A stretch of DNA of 18,428 bases from Candidatus Velthaea sp. (lineage in GTDB: Bacteria > Vulcanimicrobiota > Vulcanimicrobiia > Vulcanimicrobiales > Vulcanimicrobiaceae), in NCBI GenBank assembly GCA_050012475.1, contig JBEKHC010000097.1:1-18428 (forward strand), in the 5' to 3' direction. The notes beneath the pieces were generated by a model. It was not told the DNA's origin. It was given only the letters and a program-made list of their open reading frames with translations, and made no database searches. Shown here piece by piece: positions 8,744-16,944 of this stretch (the first letter of the stretch is position 1; each line of letters begins with the position of its first letter). The translations under genes were made by a program, and so were the position numbers.

Positions 8744-9808
8744 TTACAAACCGGAGCAAGCTGCTGCGGGAATGCCGTTGCAGAGCTGTTCTTTCGTAAC
8801 GAATCCGTCAGCGATGACGGTTGACTTGATGTTTTCTTTGGTGACCGTGACGACCGGCAGGAGAACCGTCGGTACGTCGATTTTTCCGTTCTTGACCGTC
8901 GTATCCGTCTTGGGCTTTCCGCCTTTGAGATACGCATCCGTGACCTGCGCTGCAGCTTCAGCGAGTTTGCGGATCGGTTTGTAGATGGTCATGCTCTGTT
9001 CGCCGGTAAGAATGTTCTGAATACCGGCAACCGTCGCGTCTTGACCGGTGACCACGACTTTTCCGTCGAGGTGTTGAGCGCGAAGCGCCGCCACCACGCC
9101 ACCGGCCATACCATCATTAGCAACGAGAATACCATCCACTTTGTTGCCAAGATTGTTGAGCGCCGAGGCAGTTTCGGCCTGAGCGGCGTTGCTGTCCCAG
9201 TTGGGCGTGAACCGGTCGTAGGCCAACTTATAGCGTCCGGACTTCACCAGCGGGTCGAGAACCTGCATCGCCCCGGCGTGAAATTCGATCGCATTGTTGT
9301 CCGTCTGAGCGCCGGCGATCGAGATGAGCGTCCCGCTCTTGACGTGATCGACGATGTATTGCGCCTGCTGCCGGCCGACCGCGATCGGATCGAAGGTGAC
9401 ATAGGCGTCGACATCGGCATTGTTGATGAGGCGGTCGTAGGCGATCACCGGAACCGGCGGGTTGTTGTCGTGCGCGGCCCGCACGATCGCCGAGGCCTGC
9501 GTCGAATCGACCGGCACGTCGATGAGCAGTTTGGCTCCCGATGTCAACAGCGACGCGGCTTGGGTCTGCTGGCGCGTCTGATCGGTCTTCGCATCGTCGA
9601 TGACGACCTCGACGCCGGGGTCGAGCTTCTTGAGCGCCGCGATGAAGAAGTCACGGTCGAATTGCCAGCGTGCCGACGTCGTATAGTCCGACATCAGGAA
9701 GCCGACTTTCGGACTGTCGGCAGCGAAGAGCGCCAACGCCGCAGCAGCAATTCCGAGGGCCGCCGCGGCAGTAACGCCTCGGCGGAACAATAATGAGGTT
9801 CGAATCAC
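8744..9808 (-). CDS. xylF: Sugar ABC transporter substrate-binding protein (D-xylose/XylF-like)
   Basis: 'SARWQFDRDFF', 'VIAYDRLI', 'TDNNA', 'ANDGMAGG', 'VTGQDA' and 'MTIYKP' motifs. N-terminal signal peptide. Confidence 0.85.
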   Translation of the reverse strand: MIRTSLLFRRGVTAAAALGIAAAALALFAADSPKVGFLMSDYTTSARWQFDRDFFIAALKKLDPGVEVVIDDAKTDQTRQQTQAASLLTSGAKLLIDVPVDSTQASAIVRAAHDNNPPVPVIAYDRLINNADVDAYVTFDPIAVGRQQAQYIVDHVKSGTLISIAGAQTDNNAIEFHAGAMQVLDPLVKSGRYKLAYDRFTPNWDSNAAQAETASALNNLGNKVDGILVANDGMAGGVVAALRAQHLDGKVVVTGQDATVAGIQNILTGEQSMTIYKPIRKLAEAAAQVTDAYLKGGKPKTDTTVKNGKIDVPTVLLPVVTVTKENIKSTVIADGFVTKEQLCNGIPAAACSGL

Positions 9809-9850
9809 AAATTCATTTCCTCTCAGATGGCCACGAATGAATGCCGGTAG

Positions 9851-11065
9851 TTAGACCCGAGCGCCGGCACCCCGGCGCTTTCCTAGAACATCGAGCAAGA
9901 TTGCAAGTAACAGAATGACGCCCTTGATGACGTACACGAAATTCGAATCGACTGACATGAGATTGAGTCCGCTGTCCAAACTCGCGATCAGCAAGCCGCC
10001 CAGCAAGACCGACCACACGTTGCCCTTGCCGCCGGTCAAACTCACGCCGCCGATGACGGCGATCGAAATGACGTCCAGCAACAAATCGGGCCCGGCGGCC
10101 GTCGTCGACGCTGCTTGCGCGTAGCCGACGAGCATGACGCCGGCAATGCCGGCAAAAAAGCCGGCAATGCCGAAAACGATCCAACGGACGCCCACGGTGT
10201 TGATGCCGGCTCGGCGTGCCGCCTCGACGTTTCCACCAACGGCGTAAACGTGGCGCCCAAAGGGCGTCTTTGCGGCAACATACCACGTAACCAGCGCGAA
10301 TGCCAGCAAAATGGCCAGCGACAACGGGACGCCGCGGTACGTATCGAGCAAGCCGACGACGACGAATAACAGGACGCCGATGGCGGCCGTGCGCAGGAAA
10401 AACCCGCTCACCGGTGCGTTTTGCAGCCCCGCCGCCGCGCGCTTGCGGCGGTCGGCGAGCCCAACGAGCACGATGCCCGCGATCGCCAAGACGACGAAAG
10501 CCAAGCTCAAGGCCGTCGGCACGTAGGATGTGCCGATCGCGGCAATGGTGAGATCCGGGACGTTGATCGTCGCGCCGCTGAGGATGTGGTACGCCAGACC
10601 CTCGAAGATCAGAAATCCGCCGAGCGTCACGACGAACGCCGGCATCTGCAGCACCGCGATCAAGAAGCCCTGCGCCAAGCCCAAGATCGTGCACACGACG
10701 ATTCCGCCGAGGATCGCGACGGCGGCCGGCTGATGCGCGAACGCCGAAAGGACCGCGACGGTCGTCGCGCACAGCAGCGTAAGGTAACCGACCGACAAAT
10801 CGATGTCGCCCAGCAGCAAGACGAAGACCACGCCGATGGCAAGCAGGGGTTTATACGAATACTCCTGCGCCAGTTCGGAGAGGTTGCGCGCGCCGATGAA
10901 CCGGCCGCCGGTCTGCGACTCAAAAAAGAGCCAGATCAAGACGATGGCCGCGTAGATCGGAACCGTCGTCGCCAGCTTGGATCGATCGATCTTGAACCCG
11001 GTCGGCGTCGGCGGAACGGGGCCGACGGGCGAGCGCGGCGTGGATGCATCCGAAACGACGGTCAT
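9851..11065 (-). CDS. xylH: Sugar ABC transporter permease (XylH-like)
   Basis: 'GDIDLSVG', 'PAFVVTLGG', 'FGRHVYAVGGNVEAARRAGIN' (EAA loop) and 'VIGGVSLTGGKG'; many TM helices. Confidence 0.88.
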   Translation of the reverse strand: MTVVSDASTPRSPVGPVPPTPTGFKIDRSKLATTVPIYAAIVLIWLFFESQTGGRFIGARNLSELAQEYSYKPLLAIGVVFVLLLGDIDLSVGYLTLLCATTVAVLSAFAHQPAAVAILGGIVVCTILGLAQGFLIAVLQMPAFVVTLGGFLIFEGLAYHILSGATINVPDLTIAAIGTSYVPTALSLAFVVLAIAGIVLVGLADRRKRAAAGLQNAPVSGFFLRTAAIGVLLFVVVGLLDTYRGVPLSLAILLAFALVTWYVAAKTPFGRHVYAVGGNVEAARRAGINTVGVRWIVFGIAGFFAGIAGVMLVGYAQAASTTAAGPDLLLDVISIAVIGGVSLTGGKGNVWSVLLGGLLIASLDSGLNLMSVDSNFVYVIKGVILLLAILLDVLGKRRGAGARV

Positions 11066-11847
11066 GGCGTCACGGCTTCCGCTTCCGCTTCCGCGAACTC
11101 GCGCGCGCCGGTGATGGCGGCGACGATATCTTCGGGCGTGACGTCCGGAACGCGCAGTTTCGCGACCCGCTTGCCCAAGCGCATCACGATCGCCACGTCG
11201 GCCACCGCGAACACGTCGACCACGTTGTGCGTGATCACAACGACCGCCAGACCTGCTTCACGCAAGCGTTTGATGAGGTCGAGCACCTGCCGCTGCTGCG
11301 CGACGCCCAGTGCCGCCGTCGGTTCGTCGAGGATGACGACCTTGGGGGCCCACAGCACGGCTTTCGCGACGGCGATCGATTGGCGCTGACCGCCCGAGAG
11401 TTGGGCGACCGTGCTGCGCACGGACGGGATGATGATCTGGAGTTGGTCGAGCGCCGCCTTCGCCGTCTTCTCCATCGAAATCTCGTCGATCGCAGCGAAT
11501 CCCCCGCGCCGCTCGCGGCCCAGAAACAGGTTCGCGACGACGTCGAGGTTGTCGCACAGCGCGAGGTCTTGATACACCGTCTCGATGCCTGCCGTAGTCG
11601 CATCGCTCGGGCTGCGAAAATGCTGCACGACCCCGTCCAGACTGATCGTGCCGGCATCGGGGATGTGGGTGCCGGCGATGCACTTGATGAGCGTCGATTT
11701 GCCCGCGCCGTTATCGCCCAGAAGCGCGGTCACTTCGCCCGCGCGCGCCTCGAAGTTGACGCCGCGCAGAACCGTGACGGCGCCGAAAGACTTCTCGATG
11801 CCGAGCACGACCAACCGCGGGACGCTCATCGTCGATGAATCGGCCAC
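11062..11847 (-). CDS. xylG: Sugar ABC transporter ATP-binding protein (single NBD, XylG-like)
   Basis: Walker A 'GDNGAGKST', signature 'LSGGQ', Walker B 'VILDEPT' and H-loop 'ITHN'. GGAGG RBS before GTG; 4-nt overlap with the permease start. Confidence 0.9.
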   Translation of the reverse strand: MADSSTMSVPRLVVLGIEKSFGAVTVLRGVNFEARAGEVTALLGDNGAGKSTLIKCIAGTHIPDAGTISLDGVVQHFRSPSDATTAGIETVYQDLALCDNLDVVANLFLGRERRGGFAAIDEISMEKTAKAALDQLQIIIPSVRSTVAQLSGGQRQSIAVAKAVLWAPKVVILDEPTAALGVAQQRQVLDLIKRLREAGLAVVVITHNVVDVFAVADVAIVMRLGKRVAKLRVPDVTPEDIVAAITGAREFAEAEAEAVTP

Positions 11848-11922
11848 TCACTTGCCTCCATGCGCCAGACGCTTCGCGGCCGCGCCGTAACGCTGAGAAA
11901 AACGGGGGAGCCTCGTCCGAAC

Positions 11923-11982
11923 ATGAAGCAACCCCAGGGGTTTCATCTTACGATCCCTGTCGCGCAAGATTTATCTTCCGAC
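11923..11982. promoter_or_regulatory. Two inverted repeats upstream of the sugar ABC operon (candidate operators)
   Basis: AACCCC-A-GGGGTT (11930-11942) flanked by ATGA/TCAT, and AAGAT-TT-ATCTT (11966-11977) flanked by GTCG/CGAC, within an AT-richer intergenic stretch. Confidence 0.35.
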
Positions 11983-12181
11983 GCGTTAATGTTCCTCTAA
12001 CTAAAGCGTCGCGAAAAAAGTTCCGTTTGGCCGGTGCGACATCCCGCAAAAGTCGGAAGGGGCAGTGACGGAGGTCGCATTCGCGCTGCGCGGCCCGGCT
12101 TCGGCCGGCACCGAGCGCGAACCCACCCGTGCGGCACCGAACGCCATGCCCTCGCGCGAAGCCCCGAGCGCGAACGCGCCC

Positions 12182-12309
12182 ACGCAGCTCGGCGCGTCAG
12201 CGCCCGACGCCATGGCGGCTCGGCGGACAGCACCAACGCCACCGCGGCTCGGCGGTCAGCGCCCAACGCCGCCGCGCCTACCGCGGCTCGGCGCGCAGCG
12301 GCGAACGCC
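12182..12309. repeat. Four degenerate ~30-nt direct repeats (consensus approx. ACCGCGGCTCGGCGGTCAGCGCCCAACGCC)
   Basis: Units at 12182-12211, 12212-12240, 12241-12270 and 12280-12309, followed by the hairpin GCGGGCT-CGGGCGA-AGCCCGC at 12310-12330. Confidence 0.7.
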
Positions 12310-12351
12310 GCGGGCTCGGGCGAAGCCCGCGCCCGGCTGCTGCTGCCGTCG

Positions 12352-12843
12352 TTAGGGTGCGGCCTCGATCGTCACCGTTTCCATGACGTCGCCCTTGCGG
12401 ATCTTGTCCACCACGTCTTGCCCTTCGACCGTCTGGCCGAAGACCGTGTATTGTTTGTTGAGGAACGACGCATCGTCGAGGCAGATGTAGAACTGCGAGC
12501 CCGCCGAGTTGGGGTTTGTGCTGCGCGCCATCGCGACGGTGCCTTTGACGTGCGGCAGATTCGAGAACTCCGCATCGATCTGGTAACCCGGGCCGCCGGT
12601 GCCGTTGCCGCTGGGGTCGCCGCCTTGGATCACGAAGCCCGGCTCGACCCGATGGAACGTCAGCCCGTCGTAGAAGCCGGCGCGGGCCAGTTTGACGAAC
12701 GCTGCCGCGTGCTGCGGCGCTTCGTCGGGATAGAACGCGAACACGATGTCGCCTTTGGCCGTGTGAATCCGCGCGTGCAGATTTTTCGCTTCGGCAGCCA
12801 GCGTGCGCAGTTCATCGCCAGTCGGTTTTTCGTACATCGTCAT
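12352..12843 (-). CDS. ppiB: Cyclophilin-type peptidyl-prolyl cis-trans isomerase
   Basis: 'FYDGLTFHRVEPGFVIQGGDPSGNGTGGPGY', 'GTVAMAR', 'SAGSQFYI' and 'YTVFGQ' motifs. Start placed at ATG 12843 (alternative 12837). Confidence 0.9.
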   Translation of the reverse strand: MTMYEKPTGDELRTLAAEAKNLHARIHTAKGDIVFAFYPDEAPQHAAAFVKLARAGFYDGLTFHRVEPGFVIQGGDPSGNGTGGPGYQIDAEFSNLPHVKGTVAMARSTNPNSAGSQFYICLDDASFLNKQYTVFGQTVEGQDVVDKIRKGDVMETVTIEAAP

Positions 12844-12964
12844 TGCAGCGCCGTTCGCGTCCGCGAGTGCCGACTCCGGTCGCGCGACGCCGCCGCTCGC
12901 CGGATCGCAAGCCAAGCGTCATTCAGGCGGGCGGGTGGAGCAGCGGAGAAGCCCGGCAAGAAGC

Positions 12965-13008
12965 GGGTGACTCGCGTCACCCCGAGCTGCCATCTTAGCG
13001 ACGACAAT
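12965..13008 (+). promoter_or_regulatory. CRP/FNR-like palindrome plus candidate -10 element for the bchN operon
   Basis: GGGTGAC-TCGC-GTCACCC at 12965-12982 contains a GTGA-N6-TCAC core centred at 12973.5. GACAAT lies at 13003-13008. Confidence 0.5.
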
Positions 13009-13064
13009 GACATCAGGGACTGGCGAGCCCCGTCGCCGTGCATTTCCGGAGGTAGCTGGCAAGC

Positions 13065-14336
13065 GTGTTCGATTCTGCATCCGAAACGATCGAGCGCGAC
13101 GATTTCTGCTCGTTGGCGCCGATCGGCTGGCTTCACCACAAGATGCAGGACAGTTTCTTCCTCGTCGTCGGCACCCACTCGTGTCAAGGCTTTTTGCAAA
13201 CGGCGCTAGGCGTGATGATCTTCGCCAAACCGCGCTTCGCGACCGCGGTGCTCGACGAGGACGACCTGTCGGGCCGCGATGTGCTCGAAGCGGTGCAGCC
13301 GCTGGTCGAAGCGGTGGTCGCCGAACATCATCCGGGCGCGATTTTTCTGGGCTCGACCTGCACGCCGGAAATTCTCAAGATGAACGTGGCCGGTTGCGCG
13401 AAACCGCTCGAGGCGTTGACCGGCGTGCGCGTGTACCCGTGCCGGCTCGACGGCTTCGATCCGGCCTACACGCAAGGCGAAGACCACGTACTGCAGGCGA
13501 TGATCGAGCGCTGTCCGGCGACGTCCGACAAAAACATCGTCATCCTCGGTTGCCTTTCGGCGATCGAGGAGGCCGAGATGCGCCTCGAGTGCGCGGCGAT
13601 GGGACTGCCCGAACCGGCGTTTCTGCCCAACGAAAGCGCGCTCGATCTGCCGCCGATCGGCCCGAACACGGTGCTCGCCGCCGTGCACCCGTATCTCTAC
13701 GGCTGCGTCTCGTACGCGCTGCGCGAACGCGGCTGCGCGATCCATCAAACCGTGTTTCCCTACGGCCCTGACGGGACACGCGCATTTTTCGAGACCCTTG
13801 CCGCCGCGTTCGGCAAAACCGTTTCGTACGCCGAACGCGAGCGCGCCGTCTGGACCGCGTGCGAGCGCGACGTCGCGGTCCTGCGCGGGCGCTCGGTGAG
13901 TTTTTGCTCCGATACGATGCTCGAGCTTTCGCTGGCGCGGACCATGCGCGCGGCCGGGATGGACGTCAAGGCGATCGGGACCCCGAACGTCTATCGCAAA
14001 TTCCACGCGCTCGAGCGGGCGCGGCTCGACGGCAGCGAAATTTTCGAGCGACCCGACCGCTTCGCGATGTTCGCGCGGCTGAACGCGGACCGTCCCGATC
14101 TCGTCGTCGCGAATCTCAACATCGCCAACGCCCTCGAGGGCATGGGCTTCAACGTCAAGTGGTCGACCGAACTCACCTTCCAGCCGATCCACGGCTTTAA
14201 CGGCGCGCCGTCGCTGTTCGGGATGTTCGCCGCTTCGATGCGGCGCCACGACGCGTTGGCCCGCACGCGCGACCGCTCGCACACCGCCGCGACACCCATC
14301 GACCTGTCGTTTTTCCGCGAGCCCGTCCGCCGATGA
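13065..14336 (+). CDS. bchN: Dark-operative protochlorophyllide reductase subunit N
   Basis: 'FCSL...WLHHKMQDSFFLVVGTHSC...GVMIFAKPRFA', 'GSTCTPEILK', 'TQGED' and 'KWSTELTFQPIHGF'. Three cluster-ligating Cys are present. GGAGG at 13048-13052. Confidence 0.95.
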   Translation: MFDSASETIERDDFCSLAPIGWLHHKMQDSFFLVVGTHSCQGFLQTALGVMIFAKPRFATAVLDEDDLSGRDVLEAVQPLVEAVVAEHHPGAIFLGSTCTPEILKMNVAGCAKPLEALTGVRVYPCRLDGFDPAYTQGEDHVLQAMIERCPATSDKNIVILGCLSAIEEAEMRLECAAMGLPEPAFLPNESALDLPPIGPNTVLAAVHPYLYGCVSYALRERGCAIHQTVFPYGPDGTRAFFETLAAAFGKTVSYAERERAVWTACERDVAVLRGRSVSFCSDTMLELSLARTMRAAGMDVKAIGTPNVYRKFHALERARLDGSEIFERPDRFAMFARLNADRPDLVVANLNIANALEGMGFNVKWSTELTFQPIHGFNGAPSLFGMFAASMRRHDALARTRDRSHTAATPIDLSFFREPVRR

Positions 14337-15904
14337 AACTCGCGCTGTGGTCGTATCAGGCGCCCGCGCACATCGGGGTGTGCAAAGCCGCGGCCTCGTT
14401 CGCCAACATCCATGCGGTGTTGCGCGCCCCCAAAGGCGACGGCTACGGCACGATCATGCTCGCGATGTTCGAGCGGCTGGGCGTGATGCCGCCGATCTCG
14501 GTCTGCGCGATGTCGGAAGCGACGCTGGCCGGCGCTGCGGCCAACCTCCCCGCCGTGCTGCGTGAAGTCGACGCGCGCCTGCACCCCGAGATGCTTGTCG
14601 TCACCCGCTCGGCGACCGCGGCGGTGCTTCAAGAGCCGCTCGACGGCGAGATCGGGATGCTCGCGCCGGGCGACATCAACGCCGAAATTTTCATGGCCTC
14701 CGCGCACCCCGTGCGCGACAACGAACTGAGCGCGTTCGCCCTCACCCTGCAAGAGATCACAGCGCACTTCGCCCAGGACGTCGCGCGCACGCCGCGCCCG
14801 TCGGTCAATATCTTCGGTCCGTCGCTGCTCGGCTTTCACGACCATGCGAACGTCACGTCGCTGCGCCGGATGCTCGCCGATCTCGATATCGACGTCAACC
14901 TGGTCGCGCCGCTGGGCGCGTCGCCGGCCGACTTGCGCACCGTGGGCCGGGCGTGGGTCAATCTCTCGACCGCGTACGAACTCACCGCGCCGACGACAGC
15001 CTACCTGAAAGGGCGGTTCGGCACGCCGGTCGTCGATGCGCTGCCGTTCGGCGAAGCGGGAACTACCCAATTCTTGCGCGAGTTGTGCGGCCTGCTTGAA
15101 ATCCCCGGCACGCGCATCGCCCACGCCGCGCGCGACGCCAAGCTGCTGTGGTACGCCCGCACGGTCGATGCGCACGCGTTGTCGGGCAAACGCGTCGGCG
15201 TGTTCGGCACGCCCACGACCGCCGCCGGGATCGCGCGCGTGCTGCGCGAGGAACTCGACATGCAGGTGGAGTTCGTCGGCACCTACGTGCTGCGCTACGG
15301 CGATTGGCTGCGCGAACGGGTCGCCGACCTCACGGCCAACGTCGTGGTCACCGACGACTTCCGCACGGTCGCCAAGCTCATCGACGACACACGGCCCGAT
15401 ATCATGTTCGGTTCGCAGATGGAACGCCACTCGGCCAGCACCGCCGGCGTGCCGTGTGCGGTCATTTCGCCGCCGGCGCACATTCTGAACTTCCCGCTCG
15501 GCTATGCGCCCTTCATCGGCTACGACGGCGCGAACCACATCGGCGACGTGGTGAACCAGACTCAAGTGCTGGGCCTCGAACACCACCTCATCGAAACGTT
15601 CGGACCGCGCAATCAAGGCCGCTTCGCCGAGGCGATGCCCGAAGGGCACGACGTGTCCAGCGCGGCCGCCGCCCCGCCCCCCAAGGGTGTGCCGCAGCCC
15701 AACGGGCAACCCCAGCCCGTCGCCATTGCACCGGCAGCTGGCGAGCTGCAGTGGGATCCCGCCGCCGAACGGCTGGTTTCGCGCATCCCGTTCTTCGTGC
15801 GCAAAAAAGCCCGCATCAACATCGAAAAATACGCGCGCGAGCACGCGATCGCGACCGTCGACGAGCGGACCGTGCTGGCCGCCCGCGAGCACGTCGGGGG
15901 ATAG
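14333..15904 (+). CDS. bchB: Dark-operative protochlorophyllide reductase subunit B
   Basis: 'MKLALWSYQAPAHIG', Asp36 in 'PKGDGY', 'WYARTVD', 'FGSQMERH', 'PFIGYDGAN', 'LGLEHHL', and a C-terminal PCP_red domain ('IPFFVRKKARINIEKYA'). ATGA overlap with bchN. Confidence 0.95.
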   Translation: MKLALWSYQAPAHIGVCKAAASFANIHAVLRAPKGDGYGTIMLAMFERLGVMPPISVCAMSEATLAGAAANLPAVLREVDARLHPEMLVVTRSATAAVLQEPLDGEIGMLAPGDINAEIFMASAHPVRDNELSAFALTLQEITAHFAQDVARTPRPSVNIFGPSLLGFHDHANVTSLRRMLADLDIDVNLVAPLGASPADLRTVGRAWVNLSTAYELTAPTTAYLKGRFGTPVVDALPFGEAGTTQFLRELCGLLEIPGTRIAHAARDAKLLWYARTVDAHALSGKRVGVFGTPTTAAGIARVLREELDMQVEFVGTYVLRYGDWLRERVADLTANVVVTDDFRTVAKLIDDTRPDIMFGSQMERHSASTAGVPCAVISPPAHILNFPLGYAPFIGYDGANHIGDVVNQTQVLGLEHHLIETFGPRNQGRFAEAMPEGHDVSSAAAAPPPKGVPQPNGQPQPVAIAPAAGELQWDPAAERLVSRIPFFVRKKARINIEKYAREHAIATVDERTVLAAREHVGG

Positions 15905-15909
15905 CGCGC

Positions 15910-16944
15910 ATGAGTCTCGACACCAAGGCCGACGCGGCTCCCGACGACGCGGCGCTGACGCCGCCGCTGGGCGTGGGCAAGCTGGGGCGCAGCACCGTCG
16001 CCGAGAGCGTGCGGACCGTGGGCCAGTTCGGCGCGATGATGCTGCCGTTCACCAACAAAGAAGCCGGCGCGGCCAAGATCAACTCGTCGCTCAAAACGTT
16101 CGCCAAGCCCGGCACCTGGTTCGCTCCGATGTGGGCGATCCTCGTCGGCTGCATCGCGTCGGGAAACGCGGCCTGGAATCTGCCCTCGATTGGCCGGATC
16201 CTGGCCGCGATGGTGCTGGCCGGACCGCTGTTATGCGCCTTTTCGCAGGTCGTCAACGATTGGTACGACCGCGAAGTCGACGCGATCAACGAGCCCGACC
16301 GTCCGACCGCGGCGAATCTGCTCGCACCAAGCACGATCGCAGCGATCGCCGTCGGTCTGGCGGCCGCGTCCTGCGCGTTGGCGTACGCGCTGGGTCCGCC
16401 GGTGCTTTGGATAGCGCTGCTCGGCCTCGTGCTGGCCTGGGCGTACAGCGCACCGCCGCTGCGGCTCAAAGCCACGAACGGCTGGCTGGCCAACACCGCC
16501 TGCGCCTTCGCCTACGAGGGCTGCGCCTGGATCGCCGGAGCCGCGGCGTTCGGCCACGTCACGACCGGCACGGTCGTGTTGGCCTCGCTGTATTCACTGG
16601 GCTCGCACGGCCTCATGACGCTCAACGATTTCAAGAGCATCGACGGCGACCGCCGCTTAGGGTTGAAGTCGATCCCGGCGATGCTGGGCGAACGCGGCGC
16701 GCTGCGCGTCGCGTTTACGTTCATCGACGTGTTTCAAGTCGCTGCAATCGCGTACGTCGCGTACCATACTCGTTGGACGTACGCCGCGGTGATGTTCGTT
16801 CTCTTCGCGGTCCAGATCCCAATGCAGCGCCGGCTCGCGGGAGACCCGGCAAAATTGGCACCATGGTATTGCGCGAGCGCGATACCCCCTTTCGTGTGGG
16901 GAATGCTCGTCGCCGCTCTTGCTATCCGTTCTGGAGGTTTCTAG
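15910..16944 (+). CDS. bchG: Bacteriochlorophyll/chlorophyll synthase (UbiA prenyltransferase family)
   Basis: 'KPGTWFAPMWA', 'NDWYDREVDAINEPDRP', 'YSAPPLRLK' and 'MTLNDFKSIDGD'; multiple TM helices. ATG lies 5 nt after the bchB stop (alternative start 16036). Confidence 0.92.
   Translation: MSLDTKADAAPDDAALTPPLGVGKLGRSTVAESVRTVGQFGAMMLPFTNKEAGAAKINSSLKTFAKPGTWFAPMWAILVGCIASGNAAWNLPSIGRILAAMVLAGPLLCAFSQVVNDWYDREVDAINEPDRPTAANLLAPSTIAAIAVGLAAASCALAYALGPPVLWIALLGLVLAWAYSAPPLRLKATNGWLANTACAFAYEGCAWIAGAAAFGHVTTGTVVLASLYSLGSHGLMTLNDFKSIDGDRRLGLKSIPAMLGERGALRVAFTFIDVFQVAAIAYVAYHTRWTYAAVMFVLFAVQIPMQRRLAGDPAKLAPWYCASAIPPFVWGMLVAALAIRSGGF

Noticed and set aside
12182..12309. CRISPR array
   Set aside because: The units are degenerate and nearly contiguous, with no unique spacers and no cas genes nearby.
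12065..12355. 96-aa Pro/Arg-rich ORF, and the overlapping 391-aa ORF at 12034-13209
   Set aside because: Repeat units translate in different frames and the composition is low-complexity. The longer ORF is antisense to the cyclophilin.
13065..15904. Nitrogenase NifDK/NifEN or chlorophyllide reductase BchYZ
   Set aside because: The motifs (GVMIFAKPR, KWSTELTF, MKLALW, Asp36, PCP_red tail) match DPOR N and B.
15148..16943. Long N-terminal extensions of the 598-aa and 853-aa ORFs, suggesting fusions
   Set aside because: They are off-frame overlaps with bchB and bchG. Coupled starts at 15910 and 16944 explain the real genes.
15910..16944. BchK (BChl c synthase) or a generic UbiA
   Set aside because: KPxTWFAPMWA, the NDFKS motif and linkage to bchP fit BchG better. 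A phylogeny would settle it.
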